Of a DNA stretch of 64,000 nucleotides, positions 38,143-46,975 are shown in pieces. The notes beneath the pieces were generated by a model, which saw only the letters and a list, made by a program, of their open reading frames with translations, searched no databases and was not told the DNA's origin. The DNA is taken from NCBI GenBank assembly GCA_043803945.1, contig JAZDJN010000027.1:7931-71930 (forward strand), written 5' to 3'. Position 1 is the first letter of the stretch. Each line of letters starts with the position of its first letter. This stretch comes from a bacterium. Its GTDB lineage: Bacteria; Bacteroidota; Ignavibacteria; UBA10030. A program made the translations under genes and the position numbers.

Positions 38143-40137
38143 TTGATGCCAGTGGGATCAAAACGATTTCAACTCCCAAAATTATTAATGCGCCTCACTG
38201 CGCCTCCCAGAAACGCGGTAGAGAAGTGGTTTTATCATGGAGGAAAAGTTGATGCAAAATCCCGAAAGAGCGAAACGCATCCTTGGTACAGAGTACTCTG
38301 GCTCACCGGTGTTGATTATTTTTCTACGTTAGGATACCAACCGGGAATTGCCCTCCTTGCTGCAGGAGCTCTTTCTCCTTTGGCAACGGCTCTTTTAGTA
38401 ATTGTCACCTTGTTTGGTGCGTTGCCAGCCTATCTGCAGGTAGCACAACGTTCGTATGCCGGTCAGGGATCCATCGCGATGCTGGAGAATCTGCTTCATG
38501 GATGGAAGGGTAAAATCTTCGTTCTGATTCTCCTGGGATTTGCCAGTACAGATTTCGTTATTACGATCACACTCTCTTCTGCTGATGCAGTCCAGCATCT
38601 CCTCGAGAATCCACTTATCGGTCCCTTCTTTGGCGATGCACGCCTGACATTAACAAATATCATGCTGGCAATCCTTGCCGGTGTATTCTTAATGGGCTTT
38701 ACTGAGGCAATCAGAATTGCTGTTTTTGTTACAATACCATACCTGGCATTAAATGCCATTGTCATACTCCGGTGCATCGTTGAGATCATCCAGCGACCGG
38801 AACTATTCACCAATTGGTCAGCAATGCTCTCGCTTCACGGTGATCCAATCATGATCGTTCTGGTCTGTGCCTTGATTTTTCCGAAGCTCGCTTTGGGACT
38901 TAGCGGTTTTGAAACCGGTGTCGCAGTTATGCCGCTCGTATCCTCAGGAGGGGGTGTCTCCCGGGGTCAGATACCATTCGTCAGAATCGCTGCAACAAAA
39001 AAGCTACTTACCACGGCCGCTCTGATCATGAGCGTATTTCTTATCTCTTCAAGTTTTGTAACGACCCTGCTTATTTCGGAAAAAGAATTCGCCCTCGGAG
39101 GAATAGCAAGTGGAAGGGCATTGGCATTTCTGAGTCATACCTATCTTGGACATACTTTTGGAACGTTGTACGATATTTCCACGATCGCGATTCTCTGGTT
39201 TGCGGGTGCCTCAGCAATGGCGGGCTTACTCAACGTGATTCCCCGATATCTGCCGCGGTTTGGTATGGCGCCGCGATGGGTAGCCTACACCCGGCCCCTG
39301 GTTATTGTGATCTTTATTGTAAGCCTTATCGTGACAAAAATCTTCAATGCGAGTGTCGAAGCTCAAGGTGGAGCATATGCCACTGGAGTTCTTGTTCTGA
39401 TGCTTTCTGCAGCGGTCGCCGTTGCTCTCGAGCTGAAGCGTGAAGCGATGGATAAAGCAGAGTATCTTCTGGGAAGAATTAAAAAAGTTCTCTTAAGCGG
39501 ATATTTTTGGGTTATTACGTTGATTTTCACATTCACACTTATTGATAATATTTTCGTTCGCCCGGATGGAGTGATCATTGCAAGCCTGTTTATTATTTCG
39601 ATTATTGCACTGGGTGCATTGAGCCGCTACATCCGACAGACAGAATTACGCGTGGAAAGTATGTCGCTTGTGGATGAGGAGTCACTAGCCTTGTGGCAAA
39701 AAATTAAAGGGAAGAAGGTTAATCTTGCACCGTTAAAAGATGAGAATCAGGACTCTATAGTCAAAAAGCAGAGTGAAATTAGCAGACATTACAAAGTTCA
39801 GGGTCCGATAGCATTCGTTCATGTCCATCTTCTCGATAACCGCAGCGAATTTCTGACTCCGTTGCAATTGAAAATTCGTAGGCGAGGAAAACATTACATG
39901 ATTAATATCTTTGGCGCTGTAGCTGTCGCGAATAGTCTCGCCTATCTGAGCGAACAGATGGATCCAAAAACCATCTTCATTGGTCTCACAGGGCAGAACC
40001 TCATGACTCAATCACTAAACTATTTTATTTGGGGAGAAGGCGAGGTGGGACTTTCGGTGTACACCATTCTTGTTCGATATTGGGAATGGATCGGTGAAGA
40101 AAATGAACGGCCGCTAATTTTCTTAATGAGTGAATGA
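38143..40137 (+). CDS. APC-superfamily-like polytopic permease with a ~180-aa cytoplasmic C-terminal domain
   Basis: 664 aa with ~12 hydrophobic helices in the first ~480 aa, and a soluble C-terminal region. Confidence 0.45.
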   Translation: MMPVGSKRFQLPKLLMRLTAPPRNAVEKWFYHGGKVDAKSRKSETHPWYRVLWLTGVDYFSTLGYQPGIALLAAGALSPLATALLVIVTLFGALPAYLQVAQRSYAGQGSIAMLENLLHGWKGKIFVLILLGFASTDFVITITLSSADAVQHLLENPLIGPFFGDARLTLTNIMLAILAGVFLMGFTEAIRIAVFVTIPYLALNAIVILRCIVEIIQRPELFTNWSAMLSLHGDPIMIVLVCALIFPKLALGLSGFETGVAVMPLVSSGGGVSRGQIPFVRIAATKKLLTTAALIMSVFLISSSFVTTLLISEKEFALGGIASGRALAFLSHTYLGHTFGTLYDISTIAILWFAGASAMAGLLNVIPRYLPRFGMAPRWVAYTRPLVIVIFIVSLIVTKIFNASVEAQGGAYATGVLVLMLSAAVAVALELKREAMDKAEYLLGRIKKVLLSGYFWVITLIFTFTLIDNIFVRPDGVIIASLFIISIIALGALSRYIRQTELRVESMSLVDEESLALWQKIKGKKVNLAPLKDENQDSIVKKQSEISRHYKVQGPIAFVHVHLLDNRSEFLTPLQLKIRRRGKHYMINIFGAVAVANSLAYLSEQMDPKTIFIGLTGQNLMTQSLNYFIWGEGEVGLSVYTILVRYWEWIGEENERPLIFLMSE

Positions 40138-40508
40138 AAAGGATGTGAGACATGCATGATATAGCACCAATAATTCTTTTTGTCGGCTGCCTGGTGTTTC
40201 TTGCACATTTTTTTGTCCTTGCGTTTGAACGAACCCGTGTGCCCGACGTGCTATAACTTATCATGATTGGCCTATTTATAGTATAGTGGGGATGCGGATG
40301 ATTGTCGGATAACGAAGCGGTTCAACCGTGAACCTGCTGCATTACTGTTTCGATATGGGTTTCGCTGCGCACTGAGCAAATAGAAGGTAAACAATTAAAA
40401 ATTCTCCAATTAGCTTGGTAGAGGCATAGGAATATCATTTATGCCACATGACCATCGAGCTAATTCAATTGTCCATCGACTCTTCTTTAATATTTTACTA
40501 ACTTTGCT

Positions 40509-41252
40509 TTGGAAAAGAAGCATAGAATCGGGTGTGAAATGATTCTTCCAAATTTCATTCTCAAAAGCGTAATTATTCTCATCCTGCATGTTGCCATCGC
40601 CGCACGGGCCGGACAGGAACAGTATCTTCGCGAACGCACTATGATGGTACAAACTCAAATTGTGGAGCGCGGTGTTCGCGATACCTCCGTCCTGCGGGCT
40701 CTTCGAACTGTCCCGCGTCATCTGTTTGTTCCGGCTGAACAGCAGCAGAATGCATATCAGGATTCTCCTCTTCCCATCGGATATAACCAGACCATCTCCC
40801 AGCCCTACATTGTCGCATTGATGACTGAACTCATCAAGCCGCAACCATATTTCCGTGTGCTGGAAGTTGGAACCGGATCCGGTTACCAGGCTGCAGTTCT
40901 TGCCGCACTTGTCGATAGTGTCTTTAGCATTGAACTTCTCCCGGAACTGGCTACTTCTGCAGCGACACGATTGAAGCGGCTAAATATTCGTAACGTAGTT
41001 GTACGGCAGGGAGATGGCTACCAGGGCTGGCGTGAGCATGCGCCATATGATGCAATTCTGGTGACAGCAGCGGCTGATGAAGTTCCTGCTGCGCTGATCG
41101 ACCAGCTCAAGGAAGGGGGCAGAATGATCATTCCGGTTGGATCAGCAGGGTCGGTTCAGGAGCTTATGCTCATTGAGAAGAAGGGGAAAAAAGTTGTATC
41201 GACGTCTATCATACCGGTTCGATTCGTTCCTCTCATCCATCCTCGTAAGTGA
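40509..41252 (+). CDS. pcm: Protein-L-isoaspartate O-methyltransferase
   Basis: The SAM-binding motif is 'VLEVGTGSGYQAAVLAALVD'. 'AILVTAAADEVPAALIDQLKEGGRMIIPVG' is also present. The ORF as drawn begins with a hydrophobic signal-like segment. An alternative cytoplasmic start is at 40641 (MMVQTQIVERG). Confidence 0.8.
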   Translation: MEKKHRIGCEMILPNFILKSVIILILHVAIAARAGQEQYLRERTMMVQTQIVERGVRDTSVLRALRTVPRHLFVPAEQQQNAYQDSPLPIGYNQTISQPYIVALMTELIKPQPYFRVLEVGTGSGYQAAVLAALVDSVFSIELLPELATSAATRLKRLNIRNVVVRQGDGYQGWREHAPYDAILVTAAADEVPAALIDQLKEGGRMIIPVGSAGSVQELMLIEKKGKKVVSTSIIPVRFVPLIHPRK

Positions 41253-41299
41253 TTCCTCGCTTAATACCTACTGGTAGGAGTATTAATAACAGGGGAAAA

Positions 41300-41395
41300 A
41301 GTGATCCCAAAGTGACTTTGTTTGGGATCTGTAACGCGGAATCAATTTACACCGAATAGTAGATCCCCGATAAATACATTCGGGGAACACTAATG
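41300..41395. repeat. MITE-like repeat, copy 2
   Basis: 'agtgatcccaaagtgactttgtttgggatctgtaacgcggaat...cattcggggaacactaatgagttgg' is homologous to 2613-2756. Confidence 0.6.
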
Positions 41396-41420
41396 AGTTG
41401 GGAAACAACAAGCAAAGGAA

Positions 41421-41548
41421 AGTGATCCCAAAGTGACTCTATTTGGGATCTGCTAAATGGAAATGAATTGCACCGCATCGTAGATCCCCCACCTTCGCAT
41501 CGCTACGGTGGGCAGGCCGATAGAAGCATTCGGGAACACTAATGGGTG
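41421..41548. repeat. MITE-like repeat, copy 3, in tandem with copy 2
   Basis: 'agtgatcccaaagtgactctatttgggatctgctaaatgg...cattcgggaacactaatgggtgagg' is a near-identical start and end to copy 2. Confidence 0.6.
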
Positions 41549-41593
41549 AGGAACCAACAAGTAAAAAGCAGCAAGAAGTAAATTTACTTTTCT

Positions 41594-42958
41594 CTAAAAT
41601 CTTGGCGGCAGGCTTGCCTTCCATCTCCAATAATAATATGCAGGAATACCGAGAAGAATAATTCCCAATCCAAAGAGCGCATCACGAGGATCTTCAAACA
41701 GAGTGTTTCCAACGAGATAGAGAGAGAAAAGGATGAAGATTATCGGAGTGTATGGATATCCCCATGTCGCATACGCTCTCGGAAGCTCTGGCGATCGCTT
41801 ACGGAGGATCAGCACCGCACCCGCTGCCATCGCATAGAAGATCCACGATGCAAAAATCACATATGTGAAGAGTTGATCAAATGTACCAGAGAGCACCAAC
41901 AGGCATGACCAAACGCCCTGCGCGATCAGCGAAGGTATCGGTGTGTGAAATCTTGGATGCACCGAAGCCATGATCTTTGGAAAAGAATTATCGATACCCA
42001 TCGCATAATAAATCCGTGCACCGGAAAGGATAAAGCCATTATTGCTGCCAATCGTTGCTATCATTACAGTGATGGCTGCAATGGATGCTCCGGCTGATCC
42101 GATCAGCTTTGTTGCTGTATCGGCTGCAACCAGGGTTGACTGTCCAATCTTCTCAAGTGGAAGTACTCTCAGATATGTGATATTCACCAGAGTGTAAATG
42201 ACAAGAACGATAAGCATCGAAAGAATAATTGAGCGGGGAATATTCTTCTGGGGATTCTTAACTTCTCCGGCGACGTAGGTGATTTCAATCCAGCCATCAT
42301 ACGACCAGAGCACAGCTACCAGTGCGATGCCGAACGGTCCTAAAAAACTCGAAAAGGAGAAAGGAATATTCGTAAGTGATAAATCCAGGCTCTGAGCGTT
42401 GGTCATAGTAAATCCCAGGACGATGAGGGCAACGATGATGAGCAATTTGAGGATCGTGAATCCATTTTGCACGATAGCACCGAGTCTAATCCCGAAGCAA
42501 TTGATTGTTGTCAGGAGAATGATTGACCAGATGGCGATAATTTTTATTCCCATGGCAGAAAGAGGAATGAAATATCCGAGATATGTGGCAAAGCCGACCG
42601 CAACTGCAGAGATTGCCGCTGTCAGGATAACCGTGAATGCTGTCCAGCCGTAGAGAAATGCCGAAAGAGGGCCATATGCTTCGCGCAGGTAAACATATTG
42701 ACCACCAGCGTTCGGATACATCGCTCCCAGTTCTGCCACCGAAAGAGCTCCGAACAGGCTTATGATGCCGCCGAAAATCCAGACCAGGATAATTGAGGGG
42801 GAGGAGGGAAGGATTAACGCAATGGATGCAGGGACAAGAAAAATTCCCGATCCGATCATACAGCCAACATTCAGCATGGTTGAATCGAGAAGTGAAAGCT
42901 CACGTTTGAGTTCAGGAGTGTCGGCTGATGGAGAAGCTTCCTTCGGTATCAAATTCAC
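41594..42958 (-). CDS. APC-family amino-acid/polyamine permease
   Basis: 454 aa with 12 predicted TM helices and the typical APC N-terminal motif ('GCMIGSGIFLVPASIAL'). Confidence 0.7.
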   Translation of the reverse strand: MNLIPKEASPSADTPELKRELSLLDSTMLNVGCMIGSGIFLVPASIALILPSSPSIILVWIFGGIISLFGALSVAELGAMYPNAGGQYVYLREAYGPLSAFLYGWTAFTVILTAAISAVAVGFATYLGYFIPLSAMGIKIIAIWSIILLTTINCFGIRLGAIVQNGFTILKLLIIVALIVLGFTMTNAQSLDLSLTNIPFSFSSFLGPFGIALVAVLWSYDGWIEITYVAGEVKNPQKNIPRSIILSMLIVLVIYTLVNITYLRVLPLEKIGQSTLVAADTATKLIGSAGASIAAITVMIATIGSNNGFILSGARIYYAMGIDNSFPKIMASVHPRFHTPIPSLIAQGVWSCLLVLSGTFDQLFTYVIFASWIFYAMAAGAVLILRKRSPELPRAYATWGYPYTPIIFILFSLYLVGNTLFEDPRDALFGLGIILLGIPAYYYWRWKASLPPRF

Positions 42959-43177
42959 ACCTTGAGCTGTAATTGTCTGACTGGTAGAATCATTGCAAGG
43001 TAAACGAATCGATTGTGAATGTGAGGATAGTTTTTGAGAATAACAATTGTAAAAGAACTTTTGCTTTGTTCACCATAATCGATTATTTTCAAGAGTAAGT
43101 TCCGAAACGGTCAAGCCACAACCGGAGAGGAGAAGATTGTTCCAGTGGCAAGGTAAGCACAGAAGAAAGATGAGCGT

Positions 43178-44170
43178 ATGACACACTATAAAGAACTCGG
43201 ATTGGTGAATTCAAAGGAATTATTTCAGAAGGCCGTGAAGGGCGGATACGCGATTCCGGCATTCAATTTTAATAACCTTGAACAATTGCAGGCAATCATC
43301 GGTGCTTGCGTTGAAACAAAATCTCCCGTTATTCTTCAAGTCTCCAGCGGCGCCAGAAAGTATGCGAACCAAACGCTTTTAAAACATCTCGCCAAAGGTG
43401 CCGTGGATTATGCCGGGGAACTCGGCTATGCCATTCCTATTGTGCTCCACCTCGACCATGGCGATACTTTGGAGTTGTGTAAATCCTGTGTTGAATCCGG
43501 ATTCTCCTCGGTGATGATTGATGGTTCTCACCATTCGTATGACAAGAATGTTGAATTAACGCGCCAAGTTGTTGAGTTCGCACACTCGCACGATGTTACT
43601 GTTGAAGGTGAGCTGGGCGTATTGGCAGGTATCGAAGATGAGGTTTCCAGCGCGGTAACGCATTACACGAAACCGGAAGAGGTAGAAGACTTTGTGAAGA
43701 AAACGGGAGTCGACTCGCTGGCCATTTCCATTGGAACCTCGCACGGTGCGAACAAGTTCAAACCGGAACAATGCACACGGTCCGAAGACGGAGTGCTTGT
43801 CCCGCCGCCGCTCCGGTTCGATATTCTGGAAGAAATTGAAAGGAGGATTCCGGGATTTCCCATCGTGCTGCATGGTGCATCCTCCGTGCCGAGCGAGTTA
43901 GTGAAAATCATCAACAGCAATGGCGGCAAGTTGAAGGATGCAGTTGGTATTCCGGAGAGCCAACTCAGGAGGGCTGCCGCATCGGCGGTGTGCAAGATCA
44001 ATATCGATTCAGATGGCCGGCTTGCAATGACAGCAGCGATACGAAAAGTGTTTGGTGAGAGTCCGGGGGAATTCGATCCGCGAAAATATCTGGGTCCGGC
44101 CCGTGATCAACTCAAGGCATTATACAAACACAAAATTGTGAACGTGCTTGGGAGTGCTGATAGGGCATAA
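43178..44170 (+). CDS. fba: Class II fructose-1,6-bisphosphate aldolase
   Basis: 'PVILQVSSGARKY', 'IVLHLDHGDT', 'SVMIDGSHHSYDKNVELTRQVVEFAHSHDVTVEGELG' and 'IVLHGASSVP' are class II FBA signatures. Confidence 0.85.
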   Translation: MTHYKELGLVNSKELFQKAVKGGYAIPAFNFNNLEQLQAIIGACVETKSPVILQVSSGARKYANQTLLKHLAKGAVDYAGELGYAIPIVLHLDHGDTLELCKSCVESGFSSVMIDGSHHSYDKNVELTRQVVEFAHSHDVTVEGELGVLAGIEDEVSSAVTHYTKPEEVEDFVKKTGVDSLAISIGTSHGANKFKPEQCTRSEDGVLVPPPLRFDILEEIERRIPGFPIVLHGASSVPSELVKIINSNGGKLKDAVGIPESQLRRAAASAVCKINIDSDGRLAMTAAIRKVFGESPGEFDPRKYLGPARDQLKALYKHKIVNVLGSADRA

Positions 44171-44197
44171 CACAGTTCAATGCCGATGTACATTTGA

Positions 44198-44226
44198 AGC
44201 CCGTCTATGGACGGGCTTTTTTTTGG
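44198..44226 (+). terminator. Rho-independent terminator of fba
   Basis: The hairpin 'agcccgtctatggacgggct' is followed by T9. Confidence 0.7.
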
Positions 44227-44565
44227 GGGGACTGGACTACACAGTCATCAGTAATTGAATTTATGTGATAAAGTTTTTTACTCATTCGAAGAAGAAAGAG
44301 CAACCGCGAAGAATGCCAATAGTCCAAGAATAGAATGAAAGTGTTTTCCTCATAATAGAAAAAGTCAGGCAATGTGTTACCTGACTTTTAGTACGCCCGA
44401 AGGGAGTCTCCGCCAGGCGGATGAGCCTCCGGCTCAGAGCCCCTAACACCCATTTTGATTAATGACCGAAATCGTACTAATGCTTAATTCGCGGTAATAA
44501 AAATCCCGCCTCCCAGCGGGATCTTTTCTTCTCACTTCTCACGTTTTTCTTCTTACCTTCTTTTG

Positions 44566-44639
44566 TACGCCCGAAGGGAGTCGAACCCCTAACCCTCAGC
44601 TCCGTAGGCTGATGCTCTATCCAGTTGAGCTACGGGCGC
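44566..44639 (-). tRNA. tRNA-Arg (anticodon ACG)
   Basis: The reverse complement folds as a cloverleaf: acceptor GCGCCCG/CGGGCGT, D-arm GCTC..GAGC, anticodon stem TCAGC/GCTGA with loop CTACGGA, and T-arm AGGGG-TTCGACT-CCCTT. There is no encoded CCA. Confidence 0.8.
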
Positions 44640-44755
44640 AAAGGAATATGTAAATGTGGAAATGAGTAAATGAAGGAATTGTAGCATTGAAAAGACGTTT
44701 CTCTTAATTCCTCAATTTCCTAATTCCCAAATTTTCACATTCTCACATTTCTATG

Positions 44756-44828
44756 TAGCCCTAACGGGATTCGAACCCGTATTTTGGCCTTGAGAGGGCC
44801 ACGTCCTAAACCCTTAGACGATAGGGCC
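44756..44828 (-). tRNA. tRNA-Glu (anticodon CTC)
   Basis: Reverse complement 'GGCCCTATCGTCTAAGGGTTTAGGACGTGGCCCTCTCAAGGCCAAAATACGGGTTCGAATCCCGTTAGGGCTA'. The anticodon loop is CTCTCAA and the T-loop is TTCGAAT. Confidence 0.75.
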
Positions 44829-44944
44829 AAGGTAAATAAGTGAATGTGAAAATGTGGAATTGAAAAACAGTTTCTTTCAATTTCTCAATGCCATATTCTA
44901 CATTCTCATATTCCCCCATTCTCATATTTCCATTGCTGCCCCGC

Positions 44945-45017
44945 TAGGGCTCGAACCTAGACTCTTCTGATCCAGAGTCAGACGTGTTGCCAGTTACACC
45001 ACGGGGCAATTAAAAAT
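44945..45017 (-). tRNA. tRNA-Gln (anticodon CTG)
   Basis: Reverse complement 'TGCCCCGTGGTGTAACTGGCAACACGTCTGACTCTGGATCAGAAGAGTCTAGGTTCGAGCCCTAGCGGGGCAG'. The U1-A72 pair is typical of tRNA-Gln, the anticodon loop is CTCTGGA and the T-arm is CTAGG-TTCGAGC-CCTAG. Confidence 0.8.
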
Positions 45018-45305
45018 CAGTACTTTCGTAAGGGAAAAACCTATTCTTGATAAAATACATGTTACAGAATAGTAGCAGATTGTATAGGTTTGTATCTGCC
45101 GGTACTGATTTATGGCGCACAAATGTAGCAAGGAATTTCAAAACTATCAAGAAGATATATTTTGATAGATTCATTCCAAATAAAAAGAAGCTAAGTGTAA
45201 GATTCCAGATATGTATTCTTGTTGGTGTGAGGATGTTATGATAGAATCACAAATAAAGAAGCGCGTATTCTTAAAAATATATCAAATAGAAAATATTCGA
45301 TTGAT

Positions 45306-46382
45306 ATGGATGTTTTTACCATGATGCGCGGCCTCCCGATGGATTTCTCATCTGACGAAAAAAGCTACTCCATCGGAGATCAGTATATGTTCGGTCCCTC
45401 GATCATGGTTTGCCCTGTAACCGAGTACATGTACCATCGCCCGCCGGAGTCAAGCGAACTGGTGCAACGCGATGTTTTCAAAACTAACGACGGTAAGCCC
45501 GGGCTCCTGGCAAGATATTTCAAAGACGCCGACCGACGAATGTTGACACGAGAACAGATCGATCCCAACATCGACATCATATGGTATACAGGTCGCCCGG
45601 ACTATGTCACGGACTCGGCTTATGCGATCCGCTGGGAAGGAAAGCTCATACCGAAGGAGAACGGGAATCATCAATTTCATTTGTTGTGCTATGATAAAAA
45701 ACGTCTATTGCTGAATGGGGATACGCTTCGTATGGTGTACACCAGCGTCGAGCAGTACACTGAACTTGTGAAGTTGGAGAGAGGAAAAGAATATCCTTTT
45801 GTACTTGAAACAGAGAATAGGTCAACCGGAGCTGCACGAATGCGCCTGTTCTGGAAGACACCGTCGATATTCGCGAGAGAGCAAGAGAAGAAGAATAAAG
45901 AAAAAACGAGAACAGTCTATCTTCCCGCTTCTCACCTTTGGTACGATTTCTGGACAGGTGCTCCTTTTAAGGGAGGGCAGACGATCAAGGCTGATGCACC
46001 GATTGAGAAGATTCCTCTCTTCATAAAAGCCGGGTCAATCATCCCGATGGGACCTTTTCTCCAGTACACCACGGAGAAACCTGCCGATCCTCTCGAATTG
46101 CGTATCTATCCCGGAGAACATGGTCGGTTCACCCTCTATGAGGATGAAAACGACAACTACAACTACGAGAAGGGAGTGTATGCGACGATCGAATTCTCCT
46201 GGGACAATGAGCGACGGCAACTCGTCATCGGTGACCGCCAAGGAGAGTTCCCGGGCATGGTGCGTGAGCGCATCATCAAGGTAGTCCTCGTCTCAAAAGA
46301 CCGCGGGACTGGTATCGAGATCTCAGATCGATTCGATGCAGTCGTTACCTATCGTGGTACAGAAATCGTTTTGAAGTTCTGA
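45306..46382 (+). pseudogene. 5'-truncated glycoside hydrolase family 31 gene (C-terminal ~360 aa only, with PA14-like insert)
   Basis: 'DQYMFGPSIMVCPVTEY', 'RTVYLPASHLWYDFWTG...GGQTIKADAPIEKIPLFIKAGSIIP' and 'LELRIYPGEHGRFTLYEDE' are GH31 C-terminal motifs. The PA14-like insert is 'LARYFKD...IRWEGKLIPKENGNHQFHLLCYD'. The N-terminal domain, the catalytic (beta/alpha)8 core and a signal peptide are absent. The ORF starts ~290 bp from the tRNA cluster. Confidence 0.6.
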
Positions 46383-46975
46383 ATAGTTGAAGATCTTTAT
46401 AAAGGAGGAGTTCATTACGAGCAGTTGTTTTTGTGGGACGAGCAAGAATTCAATACAAGCCTACCGCGACACGCTTTAAGTCGGGATCCTATGTACCCGC
46501 TGAAGCCCCGAAGGGTTGAAGGTGGGCCCCATCACAATAGAGGCCGTTTCTGAAAAGACTCGACCTCTTTCTTTTCATGACCCCGACTTGTACCTGCATT
46601 TTGAAGATGGAGCAAACAATAAGACTTCTTTACAGAGCTAAAGAAAGCACGATGTATCACGCTTGATTGGTTTGATGCGGATAGGACAATAATCTGATAT
46701 GGAGTGGCCAACGGAGGAATCAATAAACAACAGATGATCTAATGAACACCAGAGTATCTGCAGACATCGGAAGGTGTGGGGAATGTAGAGACAGTAGAAA
46801 TCTGATGGGTCGTGCTTTGATGATTAAAGAGGTGAGAATGAGCGGAGAGGTCTTGACATTTGAATAATTGGTAGTAATCTTCCTTATAACAGTCTGGAAT
46901 TCTTTGAGCTGCAACGTTGAGCGGTTATACTGTGATGGACAATCGAGCTATAATTCTCTAAAGCGAGGATTGTGT

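Noticed and set aside
44218-44233. A T9 G7 homopolymer run follows the fba terminator.
   Set aside because: The T-run is simply the terminator tail. The G7 is intergenic and not positioned to affect any reading frame. I noted it only as a potential sequencing-error hotspot.
45047-45241. A 64-aa ORF lies between the tRNA cluster and the truncated GH31.
   Set aside because: The region is AT-rich and the ORF has an implausible composition. It is more likely non-coding remnant sequence at the rearrangement junction.
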